Source of the DNA: a virus
Lineage: Duplodnaviria > Caudoviricetes
IMG/VR virus record: IMGVR_UViG_2595698222_000001
Coordinates: 1-64,000 of that record
DNA: 64,000 nucleotides
Strand: one strand, 5' to 3'
Every line of letters begins with the position of its first letter. Position 1 is the stretch's first letter. Both the position numbers and the translations under genes were made by a program. The notes beneath the pieces are model-generated. The model was not told where the DNA came from. It did no database searches and saw only the letters and a list, made by a program, of their open reading frames with translations. Below, in pieces: positions 50,152-61,805 of this stretch.

Positions 50152-50364
50152 ATGATTGATAATGTGAAAAACGTGGAAGAGGCTGTTAAACTGGCAAAAC
50201 GGACAACTTGCAATGATCTTTTATTTGTTGCAGGCATGGCAAGGTTTTATAATTGCAAGCCATTGAATATGGAGAGGGACGATTTTCTTCTCTTTTTAAG
50301 TACACTTTACCATTATGGAAAGATTCAGGGAATACGACAGGAACGAGCAAAGAGAAGAAATTGA
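50152..50364 (+). CDS. Small hypothetical protein, possibly SOS-regulated
   Basis: YHYGKIQGIRQERA. AAACGTATGTTC at 50002-50013 lies between TTGAAA and TATAGT. Confidence 0.55.
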   Translation: MIDNVKNVEEAVKLAKRTTCNDLLFVAGMARFYNCKPLNMERDDFLLFLSTLYHYGKIQGIRQERAKRRN

Positions 50365-50702
50365 ATGACAACATTTTAGTGGTTGTCGATTATTTAGCAA
50401 AATTAGCTGACAACAATTTTGTGGTGTGTGGTTATTCCTTTGACTGACCAGAAAACTCTAAGGAATAGTGAAGTGAAGGACATTTTCCCGTCACCGTATT
50501 TACTGAAGCGAAAATTCGCCTTAGTAAGCTCACATCAAAAAGATAGTGGTTAATAATGATAAATATACGGATTTTTAACGATGGACAAATGTCCGTGGTT
50601 GATTATTTTAATGGTGAAAGCTAAAGAGTACTGGCTTGGAAATGGGTTATGAGGTCAAAAAGATATTTGATGCCAATTACGGTGAGGTAAATACATATCA
50701 TC

Positions 50703-51074
50703 GTGAAGTTTGGGAAGCGGTTTATCCCGAATATGAAATTTAATAAAGTAATGAGTTTAGAAAGAGCGTCCTTAACCGGACGTTCTTTTTCTACGCCGAA
50801 AGGAGGAAATAACTTGAAAAGGGTAATCACATTTACTGAGGAACAGGTAATGCAGATACAGTACATGTTAAATGCCGTCACCGTAACCGGTATCCAGAAT
50901 GCCAAGCAGGTGGCAGCCATTGCGCAAATGTTGGAGTTGGGAATGCCGGAGGAAATTAATGAGTCCGCAGAGAGCGAAAAATTTAAAGACGTGTATTCGC
51001 CGGTCGATTGGGAAAACCCGCCTGAAAGAAAGACCACAATCAGTAACGAAAAAAAGAAAGAGGGTGCCAGTTAA
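50703..51074 (+). CDS. Small tail-associated protein (start probably TTG near 50814)
   Basis: RBS AGGAGG; coupled to the next gene. Confidence 0.5.
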   Translation: MKFGKRFIPNMKFNKVMSLERASLTGRSFSTPKGGNNLKRVITFTEEQVMQIQYMLNAVTVTGIQNAKQVAAIAQMLELGMPEEINESAESEKFKDVYSPVDWENPPERKTTISNEKKKEGAS

Positions 51075-52003
51075 TGGCTTATGGACCATATTACTACATA
51101 ACTGACTGGAAAAATGAACCTTCGCAGGAAACACCCATAAACCGTACAAATCTCCTTAAAATTGAGAATGGCATTAAAGAGGCAGATAACCGGATTGTTC
51201 AGCTTGATGCCAAGAAGGCAGAGCAGGCCCTTGTAAACACCCTTGTAAAAGAAATTACCCTGGATACGGATACAGGTATCCTGACCGTGACCCAACAGAA
51301 TGGAACAGTAACTACTTATGACCTGGCCATTGAAAAGGTTGTAGCAAACTTTGACATTAATGATGATAATGAGCTGGTTCTCACCTTGGCAGACGGCACA
51401 CAGAAGGTAATTGACCTTACCCGGTTTGTCTATTCCGTGGACAGTACATCTACGATTGCAATGAAAATCCTTAACCGGACTATTACCGCAGAGATCGTTG
51501 ACGGTTCTGTGACCATGGCTAAATTGGACGCTTCCATACAGATGGAACTTAGGCAGTACATGCTTGATGCTCAGGCAGCCAGGGATATGTCCCTCCAATA
51601 TCAGAATAATGCCAAGATCTTCCGGGATCAGACGGAGGTAATTGCAAACGAGGCCGTAACAGACATAGCTGCAGCCGGGGGCCGTGTAGATGAAACCTTG
51701 ACAGAGTTTAATTCCCTGCTTATGAACGGGTATTTCAATGGACCGATGGGGCCGCAGGGGCTACAAGGAAATCAGGGGGCCACGGGGGCCACAGGAGGAC
51801 AGGGGCCACAGGGGATTCAGGGGATCCAAGGTCCTCGTGGGCCACAAGGGGAACGAGGATCTGATGCTGTAGTGACGCAGACTAATGGTAATTATATTTT
51901 CCAGATACGAGATGGACACTTATATGTGATTTACCCAGACTCTTCTTCTGAGCCGCCGCCAGTGCATATTAATGAAGCAGGACATTTTATAGTGACTTTT
52001 TAA
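51074..52003 (+). CDS. Tail fibre/baseplate protein with collagen-like repeat
   Basis: [21 protein letters not shown]; G-x-y repeats. Confidence 0.8.
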   Translation: MAYGPYYYITDWKNEPSQETPINRTNLLKIENGIKEADNRIVQLDAKKAEQALVNTLVKEITLDTDTGILTVTQQNGTVTTYDLAIEKVVANFDINDDNELVLTLADGTQKVIDLTRFVYSVDSTSTIAMKILNRTITAEIVDGSVTMAKLDASIQMELRQYMLDAQAARDMSLQYQNNAKIFRDQTEVIANEAVTDIAAAGGRVDETLTEFNSLLMNGYFNGPMGPQGLQGNQGATGATGGQGPQGIQGIQGPRGPQGERGSDAVVTQTNGNYIFQIRDGHLYVIYPDSSSEPPPVHINEAGHFIVTF

Positions 52004-52015
52004 AGGAGGTCAGAT

Positions 52016-53068
<1,053 letters not shown>

Positions 53069-53072
53069 TCAC

Positions 53073-53330
53073 TTATACGATTGTGGTTGTTCCTGTACTG
53101 ACGTCATTAAACGATCCGTCCGGATTGACCGTAAATGTGAAATTGCTCAAATATAGGTGGTTATCCCTTATGCCAAGTCTTGTAGCGGTACCTGTGGCAA
53201 AATTACGTGATGTAATATATGTTCCGGTAGCATCGTTATAGATAGTCGATCTTAATGTATTTTCGCTATTAATTAAACTCATAGACTTCTGTACACCACT
53301 ACCAAACAGTCCAACTAAATTGCTATTTAG
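53073..53330 (-). CDS. Alternative fibre C-terminus 2B (LNSNLVGLFGSG...GTTTIV)
   Basis: Would be in frame with the fibre N-terminus if unit 2 inverts. Confidence 0.85.
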   Translation of the reverse strand, partial: LNSNLVGLFGSGVQKSMSLINSENTLRSTIYNDATGTYITSRNFATGTATRLGIRDNHLYLSNFTFTVNPDGSFNDVSTGTTTIV

Positions 53331-53406
53331 TAGAAAAGAGAAACTTAAAAACTGGTCCCTCATAGGGGCTTATTTTATTGCCTGAATACGGGCGGAAAGG
53401 AATCTT

Positions 53407-53835
53407 ATGAGTATTGAAAAAATCAAATTCGGTGATCAGGTATTCGACCTGGTGCCCGCAGGTGTAGATCTTGTAGATGGTGGAGGAACCATCAAATTTC
53501 TGATGGGAGAAAAGCGCTTTGAGGAGATCGAAACCATCCTGCAGGCCAATAGTACCATCAAGCAGATTGCCCGATCAGGCGATACAGACTGGTCGCGATC
53601 TGATCTGGTTTATGGTGATTTTGTATCAAGAGATGCCAACTATGTAATAGGTACGGCGGATGATGGTGTAACCGTCATTACGGCCGCTGTAATGATTGCC
53701 ACGTTCCGTACACCAGATTTACGCGAAAGGGTAACAGCACTGGAAAAAGAAAATGAGAATATCAAAAAGGAAAATGCAGCAATGAAAGAAAGTTTAGGAA
53801 CTCTGATTTTAAATAACTTAGAGGAGGTTAAATAA
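53407..53835 (+). CDS. Tail fibre-associated protein (chaperone-like position)
   Basis: C-terminal coiled coil; lies between the fibre and the XkdX-like gene. Confidence 0.55.
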   Translation: MSIEKIKFGDQVFDLVPAGVDLVDGGGTIKFLMGEKRFEEIETILQANSTIKQIARSGDTDWSRSDLVYGDFVSRDANYVIGTADDGVTVITAAVMIATFRTPDLRERVTALEKENENIKKENAAMKESLGTLILNNLEEVK

Positions 53836-53972
53836 TGTTTGATATGCTGAAGTGGTTATACGATGGTGGAAAAGGAAAGTTGACTATCAATGGCCTGGTA
53901 AATGCTGTCATAAAGGGCTGGATTACCGAAGCACAGAAACAGGAGATCATTGGAACAATAGACAGCCAGTAA
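53835..53972 (+). CDS. XkdX-like small protein
   Basis: MFDMLKWLY...AVIKGWITEAQKQEIIG; RBS GGAGGT. Confidence 0.7.
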   Translation: MFDMLKWLYDGGKGKLTINGLVNAVIKGWITEAQKQEIIGTIDSQ

Positions 53973-53988
53973 AACAGGGAGGGGAGAT

Positions 53989-54654
53989 ATGATACTTGAC
54001 TTCCAAGTCAACAAGCAAAATTTAATTAGAGCAGACACCGAACAGCCGGCGGCCCAGAGTATGCAGTATCTTATGTGTCGGTTTACCTTCCAGTCTGATG
54101 ATTGGGACAGCATGGAAAAGCACGCTGTCTTTCGGAAATATCTAAGTGATAGCATTGATGCCTATACGCTCCCGTTGAATAGCGAAGGAGTCGCTATGGT
54201 TCCGTCAGAAGTTATCACAGCTAGAGGCTTTGAGGCATCTGTATACGGTTATAATGATGGGCAGCGGATTACCACGAACAAGATATACATTTCGATTCAG
54301 GAAACTGGATATGAGCAGGGAAAAGTACCAAGCGTCCCTGCTCATGATTTATATGAGCAACTCCTTGATGCCATGAAAAAGCAGGTAAATGGTTTGTCTT
54401 ATGAATCAGGATACATGCAACTCATGGCAGGGGGGATGTCAATAGGCGAAAGGGTCCGTGTATCAGGAACAAATGAAACCCGGGAAATAGAATTTACTAA
54501 TGATGGGACCTATATAAAGTGGCGGTATACAGATAGCAATGATTGGCAGCAACTGGTAAGCCTTCAGGCAATTACCGGTCCGCAGGGTCCACCGGGGGCA
54601 ACGCCAGAATTTGAAGTGAGATCGGGGCGCCTAATCGCAAAGTATAATGAATAA
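53989..54654 (+). CDS. BppU-like baseplate/fibre adaptor
   Basis: F-FQSDDW...K-AVF...VPSEV...TTN; short collagen tail. Confidence 0.65.
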   Translation: MILDFQVNKQNLIRADTEQPAAQSMQYLMCRFTFQSDDWDSMEKHAVFRKYLSDSIDAYTLPLNSEGVAMVPSEVITARGFEASVYGYNDGQRITTNKIYISIQETGYEQGKVPSVPAHDLYEQLLDAMKKQVNGLSYESGYMQLMAGGMSIGERVRVSGTNETREIEFTNDGTYIKWRYTDSNDWQQLVSLQAITGPQGPPGATPEFEVRSGRLIAKYNE

Positions 54655-55294
54655 GGAAGTGAAAGAAATGGCGGTAAGAGAAGAAGATTTAGGAAGTGTC
54701 ATCGGCCCTCAGGGCCCTCAAGGAATACAGGGGGAAGTCGGCCCGACTGGTGCAAAAGGTGATAAGGGCGAAGATGGAGCAAAATGGCTCACAGGTACCT
54801 CTGCTCCATCAACTCAAGGTACGAACGGGGATTATTATTTAAATACCAGCAACTGGGATGTATATCAGAAAGCATCGGGCACTTGGTCTAAAACAGGAAA
54901 TATCAAAGGTGCTACAGGTGCCAAGGGTGATAAAGGCGATCCGGGTGCGACCGGAGCCCAAGGACCAAAGGGGGATCCTTTTGCTATTGCCAAGACCTAT
55001 ACAAGCGTAGCTGCAATGAATTCAGGATATTCCACGGACGGTGTTGGTGTTGGACAGTTCGTAGTGATTGATACCGGAAATGTTGAAGATGTTGACAATG
55101 CGAAGTTGTATTTAAAAGGGGTTACTGCCTATACCTACATTACGGATATGTCCGGGTCGACCGGCTTAACAGGTCCTCAGGGGCCAAAGGGCGCAACGGG
55201 TGCGACAGGCCCTAAAGGCGATAAGGGTGATCAAGGGGTATCTCCCATGTTTGAACTTAGAAGCGGGCATTTATTTGCTATCTATCCGGAATAG
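54647..55294 (+). CDS. Collagen-like fibre protein
   Basis: DLGSVIGPQGP start shared with the 52016 gene; G-x-y repeats. Confidence 0.75.
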   Translation: MNKEVKEMAVREEDLGSVIGPQGPQGIQGEVGPTGAKGDKGEDGAKWLTGTSAPSTQGTNGDYYLNTSNWDVYQKASGTWSKTGNIKGATGAKGDKGDPGATGAQGPKGDPFAIAKTYTSVAAMNSGYSTDGVGVGQFVVIDTGNVEDVDNAKLYLKGVTAYTYITDMSGSTGLTGPQGPKGATGATGPKGDKGDQGVSPMFELRSGHLFAIYPE

Positions 55295-55334
55295 CAGAGG
55301 TTGTGACAATTTATAGAAAGCATGAGGTAATTAT

Positions 55335-55556
55335 ATGCCTACAGAAATAATGGTGGCACTTATTAGTTTGGCCGGCAGTGGGGTGGGGGCTTTTATAGGA
55401 ATCCTGGCATCTGCAAAGCTTACTAATTATCGCCTAGAGCAGTTGGAAAAGAAGGTTGACAAACATAATACTGTAATTGAACGCACTTTTAGGCTTGAGG
55501 AACAAATGAAAGTTGCAAATCACCGCATAGCGGATTTAGAGGAAAAAGGAGATTGA
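55335..55556 (+). CDS. Small membrane protein (holin-associated)
   Basis: One TM helix followed by YRLEQLEKKVDKHN coiled coil. Confidence 0.7.
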   Translation: MPTEIMVALISLAGSGVGAFIGILASAKLTNYRLEQLEKKVDKHNTVIERTFRLEEQMKVANHRIADLEEKGD

Positions 55557-55560
55557 TTAT

Positions 55561-55854
55561 ATGGAACAGATCATGAATTACGTAAAACCGGAACTTATTA
55601 TTGTAGCGGTGGTGCTGTACTTTCTGGGAATGGGCCTTAAGCAGAGCCAGACGGTCAAGGACAAGTACATTCCGCTGGTAAATGGTGCTGTAGGAATCGT
55701 TCTGTGCGGCGTATATGTCTTAGCTACCAGTGCCTGCCAGACTGGGCAGGAAATTGCTATGGCGATATTTACGGCCATTACGCAGGGTGTTCTGGTTGCA
55801 GGATTGAGTACATATGTAGATCAGATTATTAAGCAGTCTAGAAAAACTGAATAA
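55561..55854 (+). CDS. Phage holin
   Basis: Three hydrophobic segments, KDKYIPL, AITQGVLVAG; precedes the endolysin. Confidence 0.88.
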   Translation: MEQIMNYVKPELIIVAVVLYFLGMGLKQSQTVKDKYIPLVNGAVGIVLCGVYVLATSACQTGQEIAMAIFTAITQGVLVAGLSTYVDQIIKQSRKTE

Positions 55855-55926
55855 TTGTTGTGATATCACAACTTTTGGGCCTGGGATTATCCTGGGCCTT
55901 TTCTATTTGAAAGGAAGGGTAGATTT

Positions 55927-56829
55927 ATGAAAATCTGTTTAGATGCTGGTCATTATGGAAAATACAATAAAAGCCCTGCTGATGGGCGATATTACGAATC
56001 AGACATGGTATGGAAACTTCACTTGATGCTTAAAAGATATTTAGAGGAGTACGGCATGCAGGTAATTACTACCCGTGTAGATCAGGCAACAGATCGGGCA
56101 CTCTATGATAGAGGGACAGCATCAGCCGGGTGTAATCTATTCATTTCTTTGCACAGTAATGCCACAGGCTCCGGATTGAATAATAACGTTGACTATCCGG
56201 TATCTTATTGTGCTATCAACGGCAGAGCGGACGATATTGGCCTTGCTTTGGCAAAAGCGGTACAAGTTACCATGCAGACCAAACAGGCCGCCAGAATCGA
56301 ACACAGGGCGGGTAACAACGGGGATTACTATGGGGTTCTGCGTGGTGCTTCCGCAGTAGGCACTCCTGCACTTATCCTGGAGCATTCCTTTCACACAAAC
56401 GCTTCGGTAACTGCCTGGCTCTTAAATAACGAAAACCTTGTACGCTTAGCAAAAGCAGAAGCAGACGTTATAGCAGCGCATTTTGGCATTCAGAAGGAAA
56501 AGAAATCCGGGTGGAAACAGGAGGACGGCGGTTGGCGTTTCTACAATGGCGATAACGGGGAATACGTGCGGAATAACTGGCACCATGATATAGAAAAGGA
56601 CCTTTGGTACTGGTTTGATGGCGCTGGTATGATGGTCACAAACACATGGTATCAGTATAAAGGCGGCTGGTATTATCTCAACGCAGATGGTGTTATGCTA
56701 AAAGGTACTCTGATCGCAGAATCCGAAAAGGTTTATTGCCTGGATAGCGAGGGCAAAATGGTTGTGGAACCGGTCATGCTCACGCCGGGACAGGATGGGG
56801 CGCTGCAGTACCCGGGGTTGGCAGAGTAA
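55927..56829 (+). CDS. Endolysin (Amidase_3 plus cell-wall-binding repeats)
   Basis: LDAGH, E, ISLHSNA, ILEHSFHTN; WYWFD and WYYLN repeats. Confidence 0.93.
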   Translation: MKICLDAGHYGKYNKSPADGRYYESDMVWKLHLMLKRYLEEYGMQVITTRVDQATDRALYDRGTASAGCNLFISLHSNATGSGLNNNVDYPVSYCAINGRADDIGLALAKAVQVTMQTKQAARIEHRAGNNGDYYGVLRGASAVGTPALILEHSFHTNASVTAWLLNNENLVRLAKAEADVIAAHFGIQKEKKSGWKQEDGGWRFYNGDNGEYVRNNWHHDIEKDLWYWFDGAGMMVTNTWYQYKGGWYYLNADGVMLKGTLIAESEKVYCLDSEGKMVVEPVMLTPGQDGALQYPGLAE

Positions 56830-57121
56830 ATAAAAAGAGCAAAAGCCTACTGGGATAGACTTTTGCTCTAAGATGCAGAGGCCGCTGCACCTATGTACGA
56901 TGTGTACACATCTAATAATATGGCTTTATTAATAATAATATGCTAGGACCAATTAAAAAATTGCTACATATAATATATTGTACGAAGACATTGTACGATC
57001 ATTTATATAAATCTCCTTTATTTGTAGACTTCTGTAAGGCGGGTATCCGGAAATTCCGAGCCCGCCTATAAAAGATACTTTGCAATCTGCCAATAACACA
57101 GGTGTTTTAATCCTTCAAGCA

Positions 57122-58423
57122 TTAAAAGGACAACTTCTGGATGTAATATTGAGTATTAATAATAAACCACATTTGGGTATCAAATCTCATAATAGTCCAG
57201 AGAGATAAACCTTGAAGATCATATTCTGCTACCAGCCCGGCTCTTGCCTCAAAACTTCTCGCATCATTAAACCACACTAAGTGAAGAATCCCGTCACTAT
57301 CCATATAATAGAAAAAAGGTGACTGTGCTGCTTCGTTAAATTGTATTGGTATATTGTTATCTGCTGCAATCTGTATTGCATTATTGTTTGCTATAGCAGT
57401 TGCTTCTGTTGCACCCGGAACATAGGGTAGTGTCCAATCATAACCGAGTGTAGTGATTCCTAAGAATAATAATTCGAGTGGAATAATACTGGTTACGTAG
57501 TCTAATAGTTCTCTTAAAACATTAACCGGAAAAATTGAACTTGGGTAACTATAAAATCTAGCCCAATCATAAGAAGCAAATAGAATCCCATCTACATATC
57601 CAGATAATCGTGAATAATCCAACTTTTCAAAGCTGACAATAGGCCCCTGAATATTCATAATTGGCGTTGTGGTTATTAGTACTCTATAACCTTCAGAACG
57701 AAATATAGCTGAAGCCTTTTTAATGTATTCTACAATACTGTTTATGTTATCCGGTGTAATATCTTCGATATACATATTCACTCCATAATAACCCTTTGTT
57801 TTTACCATTTGAAGAATATTATCAATAAGACGATCTTGCACAGAAGAGTTATTTAAAATATTCTGAGTTACTTCACGAATAATAGTTCCTTCTTCCGTAA
57901 TCGTAGAAACAAACATCATGGGCGCAACACCATAAGTTTTAGCCAACTGAATTACATCAGAATCGTCAGCAATAGTAATAATTTCTCCTTCACTTGTAGC
58001 CCTATAATTGAATATAGTCAAATATGTTAAAAAAGGGAGCGTTTTTATTAAAACAGATTTATCTATATATGAAAAAGTATAACCACTAGTGGCAATTGTT
58101 CTTGTTTTGTTAGTTTGATAGCTTAAGACTATCGTTTCACCGGCATACAAAAATTCTCTGTCAGAAAGATAGGGATTATTTCTTAATAAAGCCATTGGCG
58201 TAGTACCATGCTGCTCTGCAATACTCTCCAAAGTATCGCCGGGTTGGACAACATAGAGTGTTTCTGGCTGTACAATCACGATAGTTTGACCAATTGCTAA
58301 ATTGCCAGGGTTTGTAATTCCGTTTTCCAATATTAAACTGTCAACTGGGATTTTATAATAATCTGATATTGATTTTATGGTTTCACCGGGTTGGACAACA
58401 TGTATGATCATGGAATCCCTCAA
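57122..58423 (-). CDS. LysM-LysM-GH18 spore germination protein (YaaH/SleL/YdhD-like); start probably ATG 58411
   Basis: Two LysM domains, GH18-like barrel, YDW, AQSPFFYY, LQGLSLW. Sporulation-type -10 CATATAAT upstream. Confidence 0.88.
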   Translation of the reverse strand: MRDSMIIHVVQPGETIKSISDYYKIPVDSLILENGITNPGNLAIGQTIVIVQPETLYVVQPGDTLESIAEQHGTTPMALLRNNPYLSDREFLYAGETIVLSYQTNKTRTIATSGYTFSYIDKSVLIKTLPFLTYLTIFNYRATSEGEIITIADDSDVIQLAKTYGVAPMMFVSTITEEGTIIREVTQNILNNSSVQDRLIDNILQMVKTKGYYGVNMYIEDITPDNINSIVEYIKKASAIFRSEGYRVLITTTPIMNIQGPIVSFEKLDYSRLSGYVDGILFASYDWARFYSYPSSIFPVNVLRELLDYVTSIIPLELLFLGITTLGYDWTLPYVPGATEATAIANNNAIQIAADNNIPIQFNEAAQSPFFYYMDSDGILHLVWFNDARSFEARAGLVAEYDLQGLSLWTIMRFDTQMWFIINTQYYIQKLSF

Positions 58424-58584
58424 ATGATCTTATTAATACTATTATATGCTAATCTTACATGTTCATAACATCATAATGTAGATATAATACTAGCGGCCTG
58501 GGCGGGCAGCCAGGAGCATACCAAGCCATCCACTATTGATTTTTCGAACGTTCGTGCCGATTCCAAATACTCCCATATGTTTTC

Positions 58585-59415
58585 CTATCTATTGTAATAC
58601 TGCTCAAACCATCGTGGTTTTCTCATATATTCAGCTTTTTCTTTCGTTTCCTTACCAGACTCCCTAAAAAATCCGCAGCTTGTATGATCGGCTCCGCAAC
58701 CTTCTTTATCTCTAATGTAATGGGGGCAATGGTTAATGTCCTCCGCGAGCCCACAATTTCCTAACATGCTAACACCTCGATTGTCTGTTCTGTTAATGGT
58801 GGAAATAAAAGGAGGGAAGCACTGTGGCTTCCCAATTCTTGTTAATGAATGCCTACTCTGAATAATCCAATTGTCCATTGAATCGTTTTCTGGTTGCAGG
58901 CGGTAATGACTCTTTTCTTTAAAAAACCGTTTTACTGTAGCCGAGTCATCGACCAGTGCATCAACAATATCCCCATTATGCGCAGTTGCTCGGTATTCTA
59001 CGATAATCTGATCGCCTTCAAGAATACCTGCGTTGACCATACTGTTTCCTTTAACTTTTAATATAAAGGTCTCTGCATTTGGAAGTAATTCAGCTGATAT
59101 GGGATAATAGTTCTCAATGTTTTCCTCTGCATAAAGAGGCAGTCCGGCCGCTACGGTTCCGAGGAGCGGAACGTTCACAACCTCCCGGCGTGTCAGCTGG
59201 AAACAATCGTCTATGATTTCAATGGATCTTGGCTTAGTTGGGTCTCTTCTTATGTATCCCTTTTCCTCGAGAATCGACAAATGAGAATGGACGGAAGAAG
59301 TTGATTTTAAATTAACTGCTTCACATATTTCTCGGACCGATGGGGGATAGCCATTCTTTAAGATTGATTTTTTTATATACTCTAAAATTTCCTTTTGGCG
59401 TTCTGAAATGTCCAC
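58585..59415 (-). CDS. lexA: LexA homologue with its normal C-terminus replaced and read through into a small Cys-rich ORF
   Basis: GYPPSVREIC, VAAG, GNSM, ATVKR, LQPEND, then divergent sequence. Internal RBS and ATG at 58767. Confidence 0.85.
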   Translation of the reverse strand: MDISERQKEILEYIKKSILKNGYPPSVREICEAVNLKSTSSVHSHLSILEEKGYIRRDPTKPRSIEIIDDCFQLTRREVVNVPLLGTVAAGLPLYAEENIENYYPISAELLPNAETFILKVKGNSMVNAGILEGDQIIVEYRATAHNGDIVDALVDDSATVKRFFKEKSHYRLQPENDSMDNWIIQSRHSLTRIGKPQCFPPFISTINRTDNRGVSMLGNCGLAEDINHCPHYIRDKEGCGADHTSCGFFRESGKETKEKAEYMRKPRWFEQYYNR

Positions 59416-59472
59416 ATTTAACCCGTCCTTTATTTTGTTTTACTGATAATAGCATACTTAGATGCAAAAAGC

Positions 59473-59484
59473 AAACGTTTGTTC
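59473..59484. promoter_or_regulatory. SOS box between lexA and the divergent ORF
   Basis: AAACGTTTGTTC (reverse complement GAAC-AAAC-GTTT). Confidence 0.65.
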
Positions 59485-59536
59485 GAAAAAGACTATACAC
59501 GTAAAGTAATTTGTAGTATCATTATAGAAAAGGTAG

Positions 59537-59854
59537 GTGATTAAGATGATGGATACTATATCCAAGGATTTATATAGTAAAGTTATGAAGGCCCAATATC
59601 AGATGATTGAAGCTTTTTTAGATTATGTGAACTATGAAGATGAAATAGCAGACGGTTTGACAGGAATGTCATATATATTATTTTGTGAAAACATTCCATT
59701 TTCTTTTGATGGGCAATGCATAGCGGTACCTGATTTTGGATTAAAAATATCTTCTGGAGAAAAAGAGAAATTATATGTTGAATTTGAAAATGTAAAGAAA
59801 TCCGAATGTTATCCTGCAGAGGTCTATAATAAATATTTAGAAAAGAGAAAATAG
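59537..59854 (+). CDS. Hypothetical protein; its stop codon lies inside the left end of unit 3
   Basis: RBS AGGTAGGTG; TAG at 59852-59854 falls within AAATAGCAATTT. Confidence 0.6.
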   Translation: MIKMMDTISKDLYSKVMKAQYQMIEAFLDYVNYEDEIADGLTGMSYILFCENIPFSFDGQCIAVPDFGLKISSGEKEKLYVEFENVKKSECYPAEVYNKYLEKRK

Positions 59855-60011
59855 CAATTTGAATAATACGAAATCGGCCCTAACAACTACTCAGGCAAAC
59901 ATCGATACCCGTATTCCGTCTCGAATCGCTTTCCGATGGAATGATGGAGGAGCCCTACAGCTCTACATAGATGGTGTCTATTATGCATCGATAGAATTTA
60001 TTGATAAATGA
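59850..60011 (+). CDS. Alternative fibre C-terminus 3A (NSNLNNTKSAL...GALQLYIDGVYYASIEFIDK), start-less
   Basis: 53 open codons from the site to the TGA in the central palindrome. Confidence 0.75.
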   Translation, partial: NSNLNNTKSALTTTQANIDTRIPSRIAFRWNDGGALQLYIDGVYYASIEFIDK

Positions 60012-60015
60012 TCAT

Positions 60016-60333
60016 TTACTGTAGTGTAATAGGTGATCTGAGTATGCACCAGAATACTTTTAAACTTTCGGAGGCGAAACTTGGGCTTGTGTTATAGGCC
60101 ATCAATCTAAATCCAGCTGGGGTTAAAGAGACGGCACTTATCTCTACGTCTGCCCACCCAGCCCCCATACCCCCTTTACTTAAAAGTATGGCGTAATTAT
60201 CATCTGATAGGGGCGTGCCAAACGGGATGTCATAAATTGCGCTGCCAAGTGGTTGTAATGCGCTTACAGTGTAAGACCAGTGCTGTGCATTTTTTGCCAA
60301 ATTATTACTTAGGTTATTTAAATTGCTATTTAA
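60016..60333 (-). CDS. Alternative fibre C-terminus 3B (LNSNLNNLSNNLAKNAQ...KVFWCILRSPITLQ)
   Basis: ORF 60016-60300 extends in frame to LNSNL at the site; beta-sandwich-like pattern. Confidence 0.82.
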   Translation of the reverse strand, partial: LNSNLNNLSNNLAKNAQHWSYTVSALQPLGSAIYDIPFGTPLSDDNYAILLSKGGMGAGWADVEISAVSLTPAGFRLMAYNTSPSFASESLKVFWCILRSPITLQ

Positions 60334-60400
60334 TTAATTATGAAGGTAGTAGACAAAATAAAAAAAGACCACTTATAAGCAGTCTTTCTTATCACTTGGT

Positions 60401-60601
60401 TTATGCAATTTGAACATTAACAGCCTGTAATCCACGATTACCTTCTGTTACATCAAATGTTACAGACTGACCATCGTCTAAAGACTTATAGCCGTCCATA
60501 GCAAGACCTGAGAAATGAACGAAAATTTCGTTACCCTGCTCGTCAGCGATAAAACCAAATCCCTTTTGTGCATTAAACCATTTTACTGTACCTTTATTCA
60601 T
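60401..60601 (-). CDS. cspA: Cold-shock protein
   Basis: [18 protein letters not shown]...IFVHFS; RBS AAGGAGG. Confidence 0.95.
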   Translation of the reverse strand: MNKGTVKWFNAQKGFGFIADEQGNEIFVHFSGLAMDGYKSLDDGQSVTFDVTEGNRGLQAVNVQIA

Positions 60602-61105
60602 GAAAGATACCTCCTTAAATATTAATATTGTATTTTTGCTAAAACTAAAAATCGCATATATATGTAAATCATCAATAGAATAATGACTTACGTATATATG
60701 CGAAATCAAGACCTTATTTAAATACCTATCTATCTTAACACAATGGTTTAAATAAGTCAAGAAAAACTTGCAAAGAAGGCCACATTGAAAAAATCATCAA
60801 AAAAAGCACAACGCAAAGCGGGAAAGGTGTTCCAGGCTTAGAATATTGGGAGATTAGTTTATAAGGTAATCAAGTGATTAGTTAAGTCTCGACTAACCAC
60901 CAGATACCTTGGGAGATCCACCTTACTGGTGATTATTTCTATTTTTTATATTTTACTATAAATTCACGTTGGCTTTGCATTAAAACAGATCTTATCTGTG
61001 GGGAAAATAATGATGGAAATATTGGTTAATATAGTTGAAATGGTTTTGACATGCTGATAAGGGATGATAATGAATTGCATTTGATAAATGTAAAATGGTT
61101 TAGGA

Positions 61106-61600
61106 TCATTGTTCATAGATAAATGGGATAACTTCTTCACGCTTAATGTTCAATACATAAGCGAACTCCTCACAAAGTGTTTTTTCAGCATCTTTGAGAA
61201 AGCATTCGTCAGAATCCTGTAGTTTCTTGTCTTTATTTGTGCTTTTTAGCTCTTGTTTACGACTACGCAAAGTTTTTATCATTTCTATAAGTTCGGAACG
61301 GTTACCATCTGCAAGAACCTGGCCGTATAATTCTTTGCGCTTTCGATTATCCTTTATCCAATTGTGGTCTTTACTCGACAATTTCTTGACTAGAAAGAAA
61401 ATTTCATCGGCAGAAAGAATGTGGCGAATTTCAGTTTTTCTTCTGTCACTTATAGCTGAGACGTATAATGTCGAGGCAGTATGGTAAACAGGCTTGAGCA
61501 CGTAATATGGGCGGATTTTTTCATCCATGCACATATCCTGTAATCCGGTAACCCTACAAACACCATGACTTCCGTATATGATGACATCACCTATGTTCAT
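61106..61600 (-). CDS. CarD-family transcriptional regulator
   Basis: IGDVIIYGSHGVCRVTG...YYVLKP...AEKTLCEEFAYVL. Confidence 0.88.
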   Translation of the reverse strand: MNIGDVIIYGSHGVCRVTGLQDMCMDEKIRPYYVLKPVYHTASTLYVSAISDRRKTEIRHILSADEIFFLVKKLSSKDHNWIKDNRKRKELYGQVLADGNRSELIEMIKTLRSRKQELKSTNKDKKLQDSDECFLKDAEKTLCEEFAYVLNIKREEVIPFIYEQ

Positions 61601-61805
61601 AATATTTCACCTCTTTCTAATAAAATAAAAAGTGCGGTTCACTAAAACTGGACTTACGTCCCTGTAAAGCAAACCACACGTTCGATATTTATATTATAGC
61701 ACAATTGTAGATGAAATGTATACGGTAATTTACTCCAAAGTTCACGACTATATCATGGGCTTATCTATTTAGTATTTTCCGGAGTGCCGGGAGAAAGGTG
61801 GAATT

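Larger units (their letters stand above)
59849..60333. mobile_element. Silent tail-fibre tip cassette pair, unit 3
   Basis: AAATAGCAATTT at 59849-59860, inverted TTAAATTGCTATTTAA at 60318-60333, central perfect palindrome TAAATGATCATTTA at 60005-60018. Confidence 0.87.

Noticed and set aside
56958-56969. AAATTGCTACAT, a near match to the LNSNL site
   Set aside because: Two mismatches break the dyad and no cassette ORF follows; likely chance in AT-rich DNA.
58404-58433. ATGATCAT and AAATGATCTTAT resembling the central site
   Set aside because: The first is the start codon context of the GH18 gene, the second is imperfect, and there are no convergent cassettes.
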